Numbered from the stretch's first letter, positions 1 to 10,470 are shown. The stretch is 64,000 bases of DNA from Rebecca billardiae RCC1528 (GCA_965240325.2 OZ251222.1:1922001-1986000); one strand, 5' to 3'. The notes: generated from the sequence alone by a model not told the origin. Made by a program: numbers and translations.

Positions 1-555
1 GTGATGTCGATGATCTTATTCTTAATCACTTCATGATATGATGCGGCGTGCGAGCCACGTCTGCGACTGCCTGACCTGTGCGGTGACGACGACATTAATA
101 ACTTATTAAGCTAGGTAGGCCGATCAGTTATAATTTATTGCGCTGAGTATTCCTATTTCCTGCTAAGACACGGACCGAGTACTAGTGTCTAGTCCGAGTA
201 GCTAGACCGAACACTGCTAACCGTGCTAACGAACTAACAGACGATTATGACGCGCATCAGCAGATGATATCGCGCGTCACCGGGCCCTTCAAGTCTTCAT
301 AGCTAGCCCACTTCACAATCACAGCCCGCCGAGCCGGCCGATCACCGCTTCAACTTAGGAGTTCAAGTTCAATGTTTAACTATAATAATTCGGTCGTATA
401 CTGCTGTAGTTAGGCATCACCACTGCACCATACAATGACAAGCGCGCGATCCCGGACGTAGCCTACATGCACGTCTGACGTGATGCGACATGCTGATGCT
501 CCTCGCAGCACGCCGCCCATCATGTGTCCATGATCGCCAGCGCGTCTAATAGCTA

Positions 556-1506
556 CTACTTGGAGCCGCCCCGGTTGAAGGGGAGCCGCATGATCTGCTC
601 GTCGCTCAGCGTGTTCGCGGGGCCGAGGGGCGCGTCGACCGCGGCGGCGCTCGCGCTGCGCTCCTGCTCCACGCGCGCCGAGGCGTCGACCACCGCGAGC
701 GCGCTCGAGCTGGGCACGAAGACGATGGCCTCGCTGTCGAGGGACGCGTCGGCCTGCATGCGTGCCACGAGGCTCTGCAGGTCGGTCACCTTGATCTGCG
801 GCTTCGCGGCGCCGCCCGCGGCGCGGGCGTAGGTGGCGAGGAGGTCGTCCGCGGCGAAGAAGACGGGGAGTTGATCCACGCCGCCCTCCGAGCGGATCTG
901 CAGCGTTGGCTCCACGAAGAGCGGCACCGCGCCGTTGAGCGCGTTGAGCGCGGGCACGTTTGCGTCGTCTCGCGGCTGCTGCGACAGCAGCTGCTTGGCG
1001 GTCGCCGTCGCCTTGGGCGAGGGGATGATGCTGAAGGAGCGGCCGCTACTCTGGGTATTAATCGAGAACTTCTGCGCGACGAATTGGAAGTACACCGTGT
1101 CGAGCGAGAGCGAGCGGATTGAGACGTCTGCTGGCTTGAGCAGCCGCGACGGGATCTTGCGCACCGCGTCCTGCGCGCCCGTGTACTCGACAAAGAAGCG
1201 GCCCTCCTTCGAGCCGTCGTCGAGGTCGTAGAAGACGGGCTTCCCGGTCTTCTCCGTCACCGCAAAGACTGGGACGGTGCTCAGCTTGGCGGCCACTTCG
1301 TCCTGCGTGAGCGTGCGCGCGTGCGCAGCCTCGGTACTGAGCGCGAGCATGCCCGCAGCCACGGCCGCAGACAGCGCCGATGAGAGCCACTGCGCGGGCA
1401 TCCGACCGATCGCCTCGGCCTGCGCACGCGGCGGCGGCGGCGCACGAAGCGCGCCGCAGTCCCGCGTCGCCCACGCCAACACGGCCACGATCGGCAGCAT
1501 TCTCAT
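556..1506 (-). CDS. TIC22: Tic22-family plastid protein-import component, with N-terminal targeting sequence
   Basis: Tic22-like motifs LTQDEVAAKLSTVPVFAVT..GKP, GAVPLF, LPVFFAADDL, IKVTDLQSLV, IVFVPS. ATG at 1506 gives the signal-peptide-like MRMLPIVAVLAW. Stop at 556-558. Confidence 0.8.
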   Translation of the reverse strand: MRMLPIVAVLAWATRDCGALRAPPPPRAQAEAIGRMPAQWLSSALSAAVAAGMLALSTEAAHARTLTQDEVAAKLSTVPVFAVTEKTGKPVFYDLDDGSKEGRFFVEYTGAQDAVRKIPSRLLKPADVSIRSLSLDTVYFQFVAQKFSINTQSSGRSFSIIPSPKATATAKQLLSQQPRDDANVPALNALNGAVPLFVEPTLQIRSEGGVDQLPVFFAADDLLATYARAAGGAAKPQIKVTDLQSLVARMQADASLDSEAIVFVPSSSALAVVDASARVEQERSASAAAVDAPLGPANTLSDEQIMRLPFNRGGSK

Positions 1507-1676
1507 CGTTCGCCGATCACGCGCCGCCATCGCGGTGACGTGGGCGAGGTTGCGCCCACCCGCCAGTCGATCGCCCAGAGCGCGGGGCGCTTGGAAGCGC
1601 TGCACCGTCGTGGGTCAGTAGCCGTCCGGGGCCGGGTGGAGTGCGCGCTCCTCCGTGTGCAGCTCACGGCCGCCTG

Positions 1677-4600
1677 ATGGCGCGCTCCCTGGCCTCGCCG
1701 CTGGTTGGGGCCAATCGCAAGCCCAGGCCTCCTGGCCGCCTCGACGCGCGCTGGATCGCCGCTGCCGTGCTGTGCGCGTGCGCGATTATCGCGCGCTGCT
1801 GGCGGACCCGCGGCACGTGCTCACGCGCGTGTGGCCCGGCGGATGTGGCCGCTGTGGCCACGACGCGTGACCTGGCGGCCGAGGTGGAGAGTGCAGGTGG
1901 CACGCTCGCAGCCCTGCGCGAGCCCGCTATCACAGCGTCGCGCGTGTGGTACCTCGACGCCGGCTGGGTCGCTCGCAGCCCCGCCGGTGTCGTCATCAAT
2001 GCGTCTGTGCCGGGTGATCTGCTCACCGACCTGCAGCGCGCGGGCCTCGTGGGCGATCCGCTGCGCGAGCTCGCCTTCAAGACGCGCGGCGCGCTGTGGG
2101 ACGACGAGTGGACGTACGAGCGCTCGCTCGCGGACGTGCTGCGCGCGCTCGGGCCGCGCGAGCGCGCGGTGCTTGTCCTTGAGAGCGTCAAGATGGCGGC
2201 GGACGTGTCGGTGGGCGGGGCGCACGTGGCGCGCGTGACGAGCCAGTTCGTGCGCACGCTCGCGTGGCTGCCGACCAACGCGTCGGACCCCACGCTGCGC
2301 GTGCGCTTCCTGCCCTCCGCGCTGCAGCTCACGCGCGGCCGGTTCATGGCCTGCTCAGGCGGGTGGGACTGGGCGCCGTACACTGACACGTTTGAGGGCG
2401 CGGACCACACCTTCTCCAAGGGGCTGGTGCGCGCGGCGTACGTGGCGGCGGTGCCGCGCGACGGCGGGCTGAGCATCACGCAGCTCGTGCCCACCGTGCA
2501 CTACCGCGGCGCCGAGCCGGAGGGACCCCTCGCGGACGGGCGGCACGCGGGCTTTGTCGTGCGCGTGCGCGTGTTTGGCTTCGGCGCGCGCGCGACCGCG
2601 GCCGCGCGGCTGGTGGTGCGCGGCTCGTGGGGAGCGCGGCGCGCGATCAACGTGTCCGTGCCCGGCTGGGCGGAGGCGGGCGCGGGCGCGGGCGCCGACG
2701 GCTCGCGGGCCGGCAGCGAGTCCGGAGCGCTCGTGCGCGAGCGGCTGCTCGCCGAGCTCGAGCTGGACGCCGACGCGAGCGCGGTGCGGCTGTGGTGGCC
2801 TCTCAGGATGGGGCCTCGGCCGCTGTACACGGTGAGCTGCGCGCTGCACGCGCGCGCGCGCGGCGCTGCTGGCTCGAGCCGCGCGCACGCCCCGCCCGCG
2901 CGGGCCGAGCGCACGATCGGCTTCCGCGTCGTCTCGCTCGCCACGCACGGCCACCCGCCCGCCCACGCGCCCGCGCCGTTCAACGGCAGCGGCTCGGTGG
3001 GCATGGTCCTCGTGGTGAACGGGGCGGCCGTGTTCGCGCGCGGCGCGAACGTGATCCCGCCGGAGGAGCTCGAGGGGCGCACGTCCGCGCCGGCGCTGCT
3101 CGCGCTGGTGCGCTCGGCGGCGGCGGCGGGGATGAACACGCTGCGCGTGTGGGGCGGCGGTGCGTACCTGCCCGCCCCCTTTTACGCCGCGGCCGACCGC
3201 GTGGGTGTGCTCATCTATCACGACCTGATGTTCACCACGACGTCGGCGACGCACGAGCCGCACGGCACGGCGGAGGAGGCGGCCGAGGTGGCGCACGCGG
3301 TGCGCTCGCTCGCGCACCACCCGTCCGTCGCCCTGTGGAGCGCGTGCAACGAGTGCGACCCGGGGGCCAACCCTGTCTACTCGAGCCTCGTGATGAGCGC
3401 GGTCGCGCGCGAGGATGACTCCCGGCCCATCTGGCCGGCCTCGCCCTCGCGCGGCTGGGCGAGCGGCGTCGACCCGCTGAGCTCGCGCCCGGACGGCAGC
3501 GCGCTGCGCGCCCGACCCCTGCAGCCGGCCTCGGCGGCGCAGCTCCCGATCGAGGTGCACGGCCCGTACGTCCACGGCAACGGCTGGCCAGCGGTCAACC
3601 AAGTGCCGATCGACCCGACGACGCGCGAGCCGAGCCTCGAGCTGCACGCGCCGCGCATGCCGCTGCCGCTGCCCGGCTCGGACGCGGAGCGGCCGGCGAT
3701 GGGCGCGGCGCGTGCGAGCACGTTCGTGTCCGAGTTCGGGGTCACCGCCCTGTCCTCGTTCGAGTCGATGGCGCCGACGCTCGACTCGGCGCACTGGGGC
3801 GTGCACGGCGGCGCGCCCGACGCCAACTGCACAGAGCCAGACCGCACGAATCCTTTCTGGCTCGACTGCTCGCGCGCGCCCGGCGCCGCGGACGACAACC
3901 CGCTCGCGGAGCGCAACTACCCGTGCGACCCTCAGATCCTGTCCTACTTCCCCGCCGTGCGCGCTGCGCTCGACGCCGTGGGCGAGCGGCCGTTCCGCGC
4001 GCAGCTGTACCTGTGCCTGCTCGCGCACGCGCTCGAGATCAAGGCCGAGATCGAGGCCCAGCGCGCGCGCAACACGCTCGGCAGCCTGCTGTGGCAGCTG
4101 AACGAGATCTGGCCGACCGGCGGCTGGGGCACGCTCGAGTACTCGGCGAGCGTGGCGCCGGGCGCGCCCTTCACCGCGGGGCAGGTGCTCGGCGGCCGGT
4201 GGAAGCCCGCGCACCACCTGCTGCAGCAGCACCTGTTTGCGGACGTGCTCGCGACGTGCGGCGCGCGCGGCGTGTGCTACGTGCGCTCGGACGCGCACAC
4301 GCCGCTGCGCGTGTCCGTGCGCATCGAGGCGCATCCCCTCTCGGCCGCGGCGCCGCGCGCGCGCGCGCACGAGCTCGACGTGTCGCTCGGCGCCGGGCCC
4401 GCCGCCATGCACTGGTTCGAGCTGCCGGCCTCCGTGCTGGGCGTGCTGCGGCCTCAGGACGTGCTCCTGAGCGTGCGCGTCCGCGAGTGGCCCGCGCGCC
4501 GGCTGCTCAGCGCGCACACGCTGCTGCTCGTGCCGCCGGCCGAGCTCGCGCCGCTGCCGCCGGCCAAAGTGAGCGCGCGCGTCGGCGCCCCGGCGCTCGT

Positions 4601-4907
4601 GCCGTCCATCGCCGACGGCCCCCGCGCGCGGCGCGCGGCCGTGCGCGTCGAGCTCGTCGCGACCGACGTGGCCGCGTACACGTGCCTGAGCACGCTCGCG
4701 TGGGGCCACTTCGAGCCCAACTGCGTGCACCTGCGGCCATCCCTCGAGCCGCGCGTCGTCCACTTCTTCCCGCACGACGCCGGCGCCGACGCGAATCGGC
4801 TCGAGGTGAGGCCGTCCGTGGTGGCAGAACTCGAGAAGTCCCTCCATGTCGAGCACCTGCAGGGGGCGCTGAGCGCGTTGCTCGACGATGTGAGTAGCCC
4901 CGCCTGA
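1677..4907 (+). CDS. Glycoside hydrolase family 2 beta-mannosidase-like protein
   Basis: Motifs ASVPGDLLTDL, GWDW, VFARGANVIP, MNTLRVWGGG, HPSVALWSACNE (acid/base Glu), FVSEFG (nucleophile), WQLNEIWP, GRWKP. N-terminal hydrophobic anchor. First ATG at 1677. Confidence 0.9.
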   Translation: MARSLASPLVGANRKPRPPGRLDARWIAAAVLCACAIIARCWRTRGTCSRACGPADVAAVATTRDLAAEVESAGGTLAALREPAITASRVWYLDAGWVARSPAGVVINASVPGDLLTDLQRAGLVGDPLRELAFKTRGALWDDEWTYERSLADVLRALGPRERAVLVLESVKMAADVSVGGAHVARVTSQFVRTLAWLPTNASDPTLRVRFLPSALQLTRGRFMACSGGWDWAPYTDTFEGADHTFSKGLVRAAYVAAVPRDGGLSITQLVPTVHYRGAEPEGPLADGRHAGFVVRVRVFGFGARATAAARLVVRGSWGARRAINVSVPGWAEAGAGAGADGSRAGSESGALVRERLLAELELDADASAVRLWWPLRMGPRPLYTVSCALHARARGAAGSSRAHAPPARAERTIGFRVVSLATHGHPPAHAPAPFNGSGSVGMVLVVNGAAVFARGANVIPPEELEGRTSAPALLALVRSAAAAGMNTLRVWGGGAYLPAPFYAAADRVGVLIYHDLMFTTTSATHEPHGTAEEAAEVAHAVRSLAHHPSVALWSACNECDPGANPVYSSLVMSAVAREDDSRPIWPASPSRGWASGVDPLSSRPDGSALRARPLQPASAAQLPIEVHGPYVHGNGWPAVNQVPIDPTTREPSLELHAPRMPLPLPGSDAERPAMGAARASTFVSEFGVTALSSFESMAPTLDSAHWGVHGGAPDANCTEPDRTNPFWLDCSRAPGAADDNPLAERNYPCDPQILSYFPAVRAALDAVGERPFRAQLYLCLLAHALEIKAEIEAQRARNTLGSLLWQLNEIWPTGGWGTLEYSASVAPGAPFTAGQVLGGRWKPAHHLLQQHLFADVLATCGARGVCYVRSDAHTPLRVSVRIEAHPLSAAAPRARAHELDVSLGAGPAAMHWFELPASVLGVLRPQDVLLSVRVREWPARRLLSAHTLLLVPPAELAPLPPAKVSARVGAPALVPSIADGPRARRAAVRVELVATDVAAYTCLSTLAWGHFEPNCVHLRPSLEPRVVHFFPHDAGADANRLEVRPSVVAELEKSLHVEHLQGALSALLDDVSSPA

Positions 4908-5135
4908 CTGAGGATGAAGGCTGCCAAAGAGCTCTACAAGTCTCATCGTCGTTGTCGTCGCCGCTCCTCTGCGACTACTGCCGTTCGCCTGATATGCTGG
5001 TACTGCTACGTACCTTTAACGAATACTACTACGGCGAATCTACGCGCCGACTATGACACAGCACCTGACACTGCGGCAGGGAGCATGCAGGCCTGCGCGT
5101 CCCGGGACCGCGTCGCCGGCGCCTGGCTGACTGCC

Positions 5136-6206
5136 TTACTGGGGCGATGATGGAACGCCCTCAGGAAGCTCTCCGGTCTCAAGCCAGCGCGCGCATTCGG
5201 GGGTGAGCATCTGCGCGACAATCTCGTCATACTTCCTGAGCTGCGCGTCGGAGAGTGCCTGCCGCCACTGGCCCCGGCCGCCGTGGTCCAGCAGCAGGTG
5301 GCCGCTGCCCGAGTGTGCCCACAGCGTGGCCGGGAGCGGCGCGACCTTGTCGCCGAGCTGCCGCACGTGCTCGTACGCGCACTTCCGCAAGAGCTCGCCC
5401 CAACGGCTCTCCTCCACCTCGACCCCGAGGAAGTCGGCGATCCGGCGGAGCTCGCGTGGCAGATCCTGCTCCAGGCTGCGCGCATGCACGAGCAGCACGT
5501 TCGGCAGGTGGCGCCACGACCACCACGAGGCGACGCTGTGGAAGAGCGACCAGAGCGGCCAGCCATCGGACTCCCACGCGTGCGTCTCCCAGCCCTTCGA
5601 GATCCACTCGTCGAAGAGCGCTGCCGGCGACTTGCAGCCGTCCGCCCAGCGCGGCAGCGGCGCGCCGATGCGACCGGGCCGATCGTTCAGCAGCGCGTAC
5701 CAGGCGTCAGTGGCGTGCTCGTAGTGGTGGCAGAAGGCCATGAAGGCGTCACGGCCGTCGCACGCGATGTAGACGTACTTGGCGCCAGGGCGGATGCCGA
5801 TGGCGCTAGGCGGCAGATGCGAGCGCACGAAGCGCCTGTGCGTCTGCTGCTCGAGTCGCGCGAGCGCGGCAGAGTGATCGAGCGCGGCAAAGTCGAGCCA
5901 GGGCGAGAGCTCCGATAGGGGGGCGGGGGGATCCTCGCCGTCGAAGATGAGCATCGCCACGATCTGCTGCAGCCAGGTCGCGCCCGACTCCTCGTAGGCC
6001 GCCACCACAAACACGTCACTGTCGCGCGGCGCGAAGCGGTCATGCAACGTGGAGTCCAGGCTATGCGACTTGTAGGCCAGCCGGCGCCGGGGCCGCCGAG
6101 TTCGCGCGGCAAGGCGCATCAGCTCCTTCGCGGCACGCGTCACGACGTAGCCAAGCAGCGCCGTGCCGCTGAACGTGAGCAGCTCGCTGAGAAATTGTTG
6201 GTCCAT
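5136..6206 (-). CDS. Sulfotransferase-fold protein (Sulfotransfer_1) with degenerate PAPS-binding motifs
   Basis: PRDSDVFVVAAYEESGATWLQQIV, SPWLD, RRFVRSHLP, KYVYIACDGRDAF, HVASWW, NVLLVH, RRIADFLG, GxxGQW. N-terminal hydrophobic segment. Confidence 0.85.
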   Translation of the reverse strand: MDQQFLSELLTFSGTALLGYVVTRAAKELMRLAARTRRPRRRLAYKSHSLDSTLHDRFAPRDSDVFVVAAYEESGATWLQQIVAMLIFDGEDPPAPLSELSPWLDFAALDHSAALARLEQQTHRRFVRSHLPPSAIGIRPGAKYVYIACDGRDAFMAFCHHYEHATDAWYALLNDRPGRIGAPLPRWADGCKSPAALFDEWISKGWETHAWESDGWPLWSLFHSVASWWSWRHLPNVLLVHARSLEQDLPRELRRIADFLGVEVEESRWGELLRKCAYEHVRQLGDKVAPLPATLWAHSGSGHLLLDHGGRGQWRQALSDAQLRKYDEIVAQMLTPECARWLETGELPEGVPSSPQ

Positions 6207-6383
6207 TCTGGGCGCGGTGGCTGTGCGAGTTCGCGATCACGGCCGACGCCTCGAACGGCGCGTCGAGACGTGCACGGCGCGCCTCCGGCACGGCGCGCGG
6301 ATCATCGAGATTTCGGGCTGGAATCTGGTCATCCGGACGCACGAGGCTGCCCGGACCAGCCCGGAGCGTCGATCCAGATCAGC

Positions 6384-7544
6384 ATGCCGACCGGGACGGC
6401 CTCCTCGAGGCCGTTGGCATTCCTTTTGTTGCTGGCTCTCGCCGCTGACATGGGCAGCGGTGGGAAGACGAATGCGTCCCTGCGGACGAGCAGTGGCCGA
6501 ATGGTGGCATGGTCGATGCCAGCTGACGCCGTCGATCACCACGCGTGGCCGGCACTTCCTCCATGCACGGTGGCCAAGCTGCTGGGGGCCGAGCGGTTCA
6601 GGCAGATGGACATGGAGTGCACGCCGCGAGAGCGGCAGCAGGACGGCGCCTCCCACGGCTTGATCCCCTTTGACGAGCCTCGCGTCGCGCTCGATGCCAG
6701 AGCGCGCGCACGGTACAGATTCAGGCCTCACAACAGCACGTGGCCGCCGTGGCGCCAGGCGGACGCGCGGATCGCAGCGGCGCGGTTCGGGGAGGACGCG
6801 CCACTTTCCAAGCCCGTCTGCGAGGCGTTCTTTGCGGACCCTCGCCACACGTTCTGGCACATGTGGGGCTGGTCGCGCTTCCAGGAGCGCACCGCAGAGC
6901 GCGACTGCGCTCCGCCGGCCGAGCGGCTGGCTGCTTGGAGTGCAGCGCTCGTGTCAGCCGACGCACCCGGCGCCAGGGCACTGTGCGACCGCAACTGGAA
7001 CCAAGGGATGGGCGGCTGCAAGCACCCATCTCAACGGCCCTTCTTTACCGGGCCACGCCGTGGCTCTCGCCGCGTGCGGGCTCTCTTCGGCTTCCAGCGC
7101 GACATCCGCATGCACTGCAACCGCGACGTCAGCGTGGTTCGTGCTCTCGAGCAGTGTGCAGTCGGCGCGTCCGTGGCATGCCAGCGGACCGCACACGCGA
7201 TCCTGACGCTGATCGGCGACGCGCCTGCCTTCAGCGTGTGCCGCAATCTCGAGTGGGCGCTCTGCGCCCTGCGCGACGCGCTGCCCGGCCAGGTACCCGG
7301 CTCGGGCATCGCGTTCGCCACGGCCCCGCAGGAGCTGAGCGCGCGCTGGCTCGTTGAGGATGCGGAGAGCGGCCCGGGCCCGCGGTACAACTCGAGCCTC
7401 GTCTTCGTGCTCGAGGCGTGCATCGTTTCCACTGTGTGTACTAACGGTGCCGACATCTTCAAACTGCGTGCTGGCAAAACGTTCCGCTGCGAGGGGATTG
7501 ACCAGCGTGCGCTGGAGCGCTTGCCGCCGTTCGTATCTAGCTGA
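6384..7544 (+). CDS. Secreted or membrane-anchored Cys-rich hypothetical protein
   Basis: ATG at 6384 is followed by the hydrophobic RPLAFLLLLALAA. Coding-like composition with Cys/Trp motifs (CDRNW, FSVCRNLEWALC, VCTNG..F). Confidence 0.6.
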   Translation: MPTGTASSRPLAFLLLLALAADMGSGGKTNASLRTSSGRMVAWSMPADAVDHHAWPALPPCTVAKLLGAERFRQMDMECTPRERQQDGASHGLIPFDEPRVALDARARARYRFRPHNSTWPPWRQADARIAAARFGEDAPLSKPVCEAFFADPRHTFWHMWGWSRFQERTAERDCAPPAERLAAWSAALVSADAPGARALCDRNWNQGMGGCKHPSQRPFFTGPRRGSRRVRALFGFQRDIRMHCNRDVSVVRALEQCAVGASVACQRTAHAILTLIGDAPAFSVCRNLEWALCALRDALPGQVPGSGIAFATAPQELSARWLVEDAESGPGPRYNSSLVFVLEACIVSTVCTNGADIFKLRAGKTFRCEGIDQRALERLPPFVSS

Positions 7545-7823
7545 CATGATTGTCATTGCGCGACGTGTTAATTCAACAGCCGCCGCAGCGCCGTCACGGC
7601 CGTGATCGACAGCTTGAAGCTGGTTCATCAGCGGCGGAGCGGCCAGAGTCTGCTGGTCAACTGTGTGAATAGCCTCCTCGTACCCCATACTCCATGATAC
7701 AGTAGTACGTACGGTAAACTGTACAGTACACAGTGTACACTAGCTATATCGCTAGACTGTATCATACATCATGGTAGTTGGCTCCGGGCACGTGATCCTT
7801 TCCGGTGTTCAGATTCGTCATTC

Positions 7824-10010
7824 ATGTTACAACAAGTCGGCTCGCCAAAGAAGGCCGCGAGACAGTGGCCGCGCCTGTTCGCCCCCAACGAGGGAGGGCG
7901 GCGCACCATGAAGATGCGCGGCGGCGGATGGCGGCGCATGGGCAAGGAGGAGAAGGCCGAGAAGCCGGAGGTGGTCGACGATCGCCCGAAGGAGGAGCCG
8001 ACCTTGTCGCTCCTGTCCTCCATGGACGACCGGTGCGACGCAGTCACGTCGCTCTGCCAGCGCGTCTGGTCGACAGTCGGCGGCCGCCTGGGGCGCGAGG
8101 ACATGATCGCCCTGCTGAACGCGCTGCGCGTGCCCCACAGCGAGGTGAAGCGAGCGGTCGACCGCAAGTTCCGCGACGACCCGACCATGCGCCTGGCCTT
8201 TGACGACTTCTTCAATTTCATGAAGGACATTGTCAACGATGACACGCTGGCCGACACCAAGAAGCGCGTCCAGCTGCTGTATGACAAGAGCGACTTTGTC
8301 GCGCCCGTCACGCGGCCGTCGATGCTGCGCATGCTCTTCTACTGCATCTTCTCGCCCATCTTCTGGCCGATCTTCGCCTTCTCGCCGAACCGTCGCGCGA
8401 GCATGATGTTTGCCCTGCATCCGCCGATCGCCGTCGCGATCTGGATCGCACTGACGGTCTCGTACGTGCCGATCGCGCTCATGTACCCGTACCGCGGCGC
8501 GATGAAGGCGGATCGTGTCTCGGCGCTCGAGTGCTTCCTGCCCGCGCTCTTCATGATCTTCATGTGCATGCTCAAGGCCTCCTCGATCGGTGTCGGCTGG
8601 TTCCACTGGTCGCTGTCGTCGCTGCACAAGTGGCGCAAGCTGCGCGCGCAGGAGCGCTTCCTGCAGCGGCTGGAGCGCAACCGCATCCTGATGCAGAAGC
8701 TGCAGGTGGCGATCTATGGCGTGATCACCGACCCCCCGCGCTCCGTGTGGGCGTACGAGCTCGTCGTCTACATCGAGCAAGCGTACGCGCTGCCCAACCG
8801 GCAGACGCACGACGCGCTCGCGCGCGGCTCTGCCGGCCCCAAGCCGCTGTCCGGCGGCACCTCGTCGGGCACGCTCTGGGCGCTGGTCGGCCCGAGCTCG
8901 GGGCGTTTCCGACGGCGCGCCGAGGTGGGCCCGGACGTGCTGCTCCGCGACGAGCCGGCGACGAACAAGGACGCGTGGTACATGAAGATCGAGAACGATG
9001 AGTATTATGAGTACGACCTGCCTGACGCGCTCGACAAGGTGACGCACTCGATGGCGATCGGGCAGCACGCGCTCTTCTCGTTCCTGTGGTTCCGCGAGCG
9101 GCTGCGCCGGCCGATCGTGCCCCTCCTCGTCGTGCTCGCCGTCCTCTCCCTCGCCATCCCGTGCATGGTGCGCCAGTTCATCCACGGGATCCCGTACTAC
9201 GGAGCTCACCCGGCGTCGCGGTTCGTCGTGCTGCTCAACTCGATCTACGCGGTGCCGAGCGTGCTCGTCGTGCTGCTCACGCTGCACCACTTCCTGGACA
9301 TGCTGCAGTTCCGCAAGCTGCTGCTGCGCGGGCTCACGGCGACCGTGCGCTCCGAGCTCGCCTCCGACTGCGGCGTGCGCGTGCTGCTCAACCTGCGCGA
9401 GCCGGTCAACCTGAAGACGTGGAGCCACCTGATCAGCTACCTGCGCCGCCGCAACCTGAGCGAGGAGGTGGTGCCGTTCAACACCCTGCTGCTGCCCGCG
9501 CTGCTCCTCGACGTCGCGCTGTGCCTCATGTTCATCTGGGAGTGGATTGAGTTCCACGTGGAGGAAGACCCGGAGTACACGGTGAACGCCCTGGACATCA
9601 TCAGCGGCGTGACGGTGGTCTGGCTCTCAACCTACATCATCATGGCGATGTCCAGAGCGTGCGACATCAACATCGCCCTCGAGTCGCACGCGGAGGTCCT
9701 CGAGGGCACGCAGGTGGACATCCGCGAGGCGATCAGCGAGCTTGGTCGCCCCGGCGAGACGACCGGCTCGAGCTGGTATGGCTCCGAGGACAAGGAGCTC
9801 CGCAGCCTGCGCACGGCTGATGAGATCCTGACCGCGATCGTGCGCAAGACGCGCAACGTGGACATCAACAAGCCCTTCAAGCTCCTGGGGGTCTCGATCA
9901 CGACGAGCCGCCTCCGCGCGGTCGCCGGCATCCTTATCGGCGGCATGCTCTCCGGCCTGTGGCGGCAGGTCGACGATGTCCTCTTCATGTCGTTCGGCAT
10001 CGAGTTCTGA
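7824..10010 (+). CDS. Multi-pass membrane protein, PHTF / gustatory-receptor-like (7TM ion channel superfamily) candidate with EF-hand-like N-terminus
   Basis: About 7 hydrophobic segments. NLKTWSHLISYLRRR and the C-terminal KPFKLLGVSIT...GILIGGMLSGL resemble PHTF/GRL C-termini. True start may be the ATG at 7908 or 7938. Confidence 0.65.
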   Translation: MLQQVGSPKKAARQWPRLFAPNEGGRRTMKMRGGGWRRMGKEEKAEKPEVVDDRPKEEPTLSLLSSMDDRCDAVTSLCQRVWSTVGGRLGREDMIALLNALRVPHSEVKRAVDRKFRDDPTMRLAFDDFFNFMKDIVNDDTLADTKKRVQLLYDKSDFVAPVTRPSMLRMLFYCIFSPIFWPIFAFSPNRRASMMFALHPPIAVAIWIALTVSYVPIALMYPYRGAMKADRVSALECFLPALFMIFMCMLKASSIGVGWFHWSLSSLHKWRKLRAQERFLQRLERNRILMQKLQVAIYGVITDPPRSVWAYELVVYIEQAYALPNRQTHDALARGSAGPKPLSGGTSSGTLWALVGPSSGRFRRRAEVGPDVLLRDEPATNKDAWYMKIENDEYYEYDLPDALDKVTHSMAIGQHALFSFLWFRERLRRPIVPLLVVLAVLSLAIPCMVRQFIHGIPYYGAHPASRFVVLLNSIYAVPSVLVVLLTLHHFLDMLQFRKLLLRGLTATVRSELASDCGVRVLLNLREPVNLKTWSHLISYLRRRNLSEEVVPFNTLLLPALLLDVALCLMFIWEWIEFHVEEDPEYTVNALDIISGVTVVWLSTYIIMAMSRACDINIALESHAEVLEGTQVDIREAISELGRPGETTGSSWYGSEDKELRSLRTADEILTAIVRKTRNVDINKPFKLLGVSITTSRLRAVAGILIGGMLSGLWRQVDDVLFMSFGIEF

Positions 10011-10332
10011 GGCAGTGACGGCTCGGTTCCGCTCAGCACTCCCAACGGGGTCGGCGGCGCCGGCAGACTAGAATCAGAGCTCTATGAGAAACAGGCGGTG
10101 TGCGCATGTGAGCTCGTCGCGCGTGCCAGTGCCGCCACTACGCACTGTATATATATATGTATATTGCATGCATCGCAGTGATGGCGCATCACATCGTCAG
10201 CGTAGCGGCGGCGTCGCCGCTCAGAGTCATGCATAGTCACTTTCAGTGCTGGCAGTCTTCAACCAACTACCAAGCAGTATATCTCGCCTACTGTATCGGA
10301 GAGAGCGACTCAGCGAGATCGAAGCCTGAGCG

Positions 10333-10409
10333 AGATCGAGCAGAGAGAGAGAGCAGAGCCAGAGCTCTCAGAGAGAGATCGAGCAGAGAGAGAGAGCAGA
10401 GCCAGAGCT

Positions 10410-10470
<61 letters not shown>

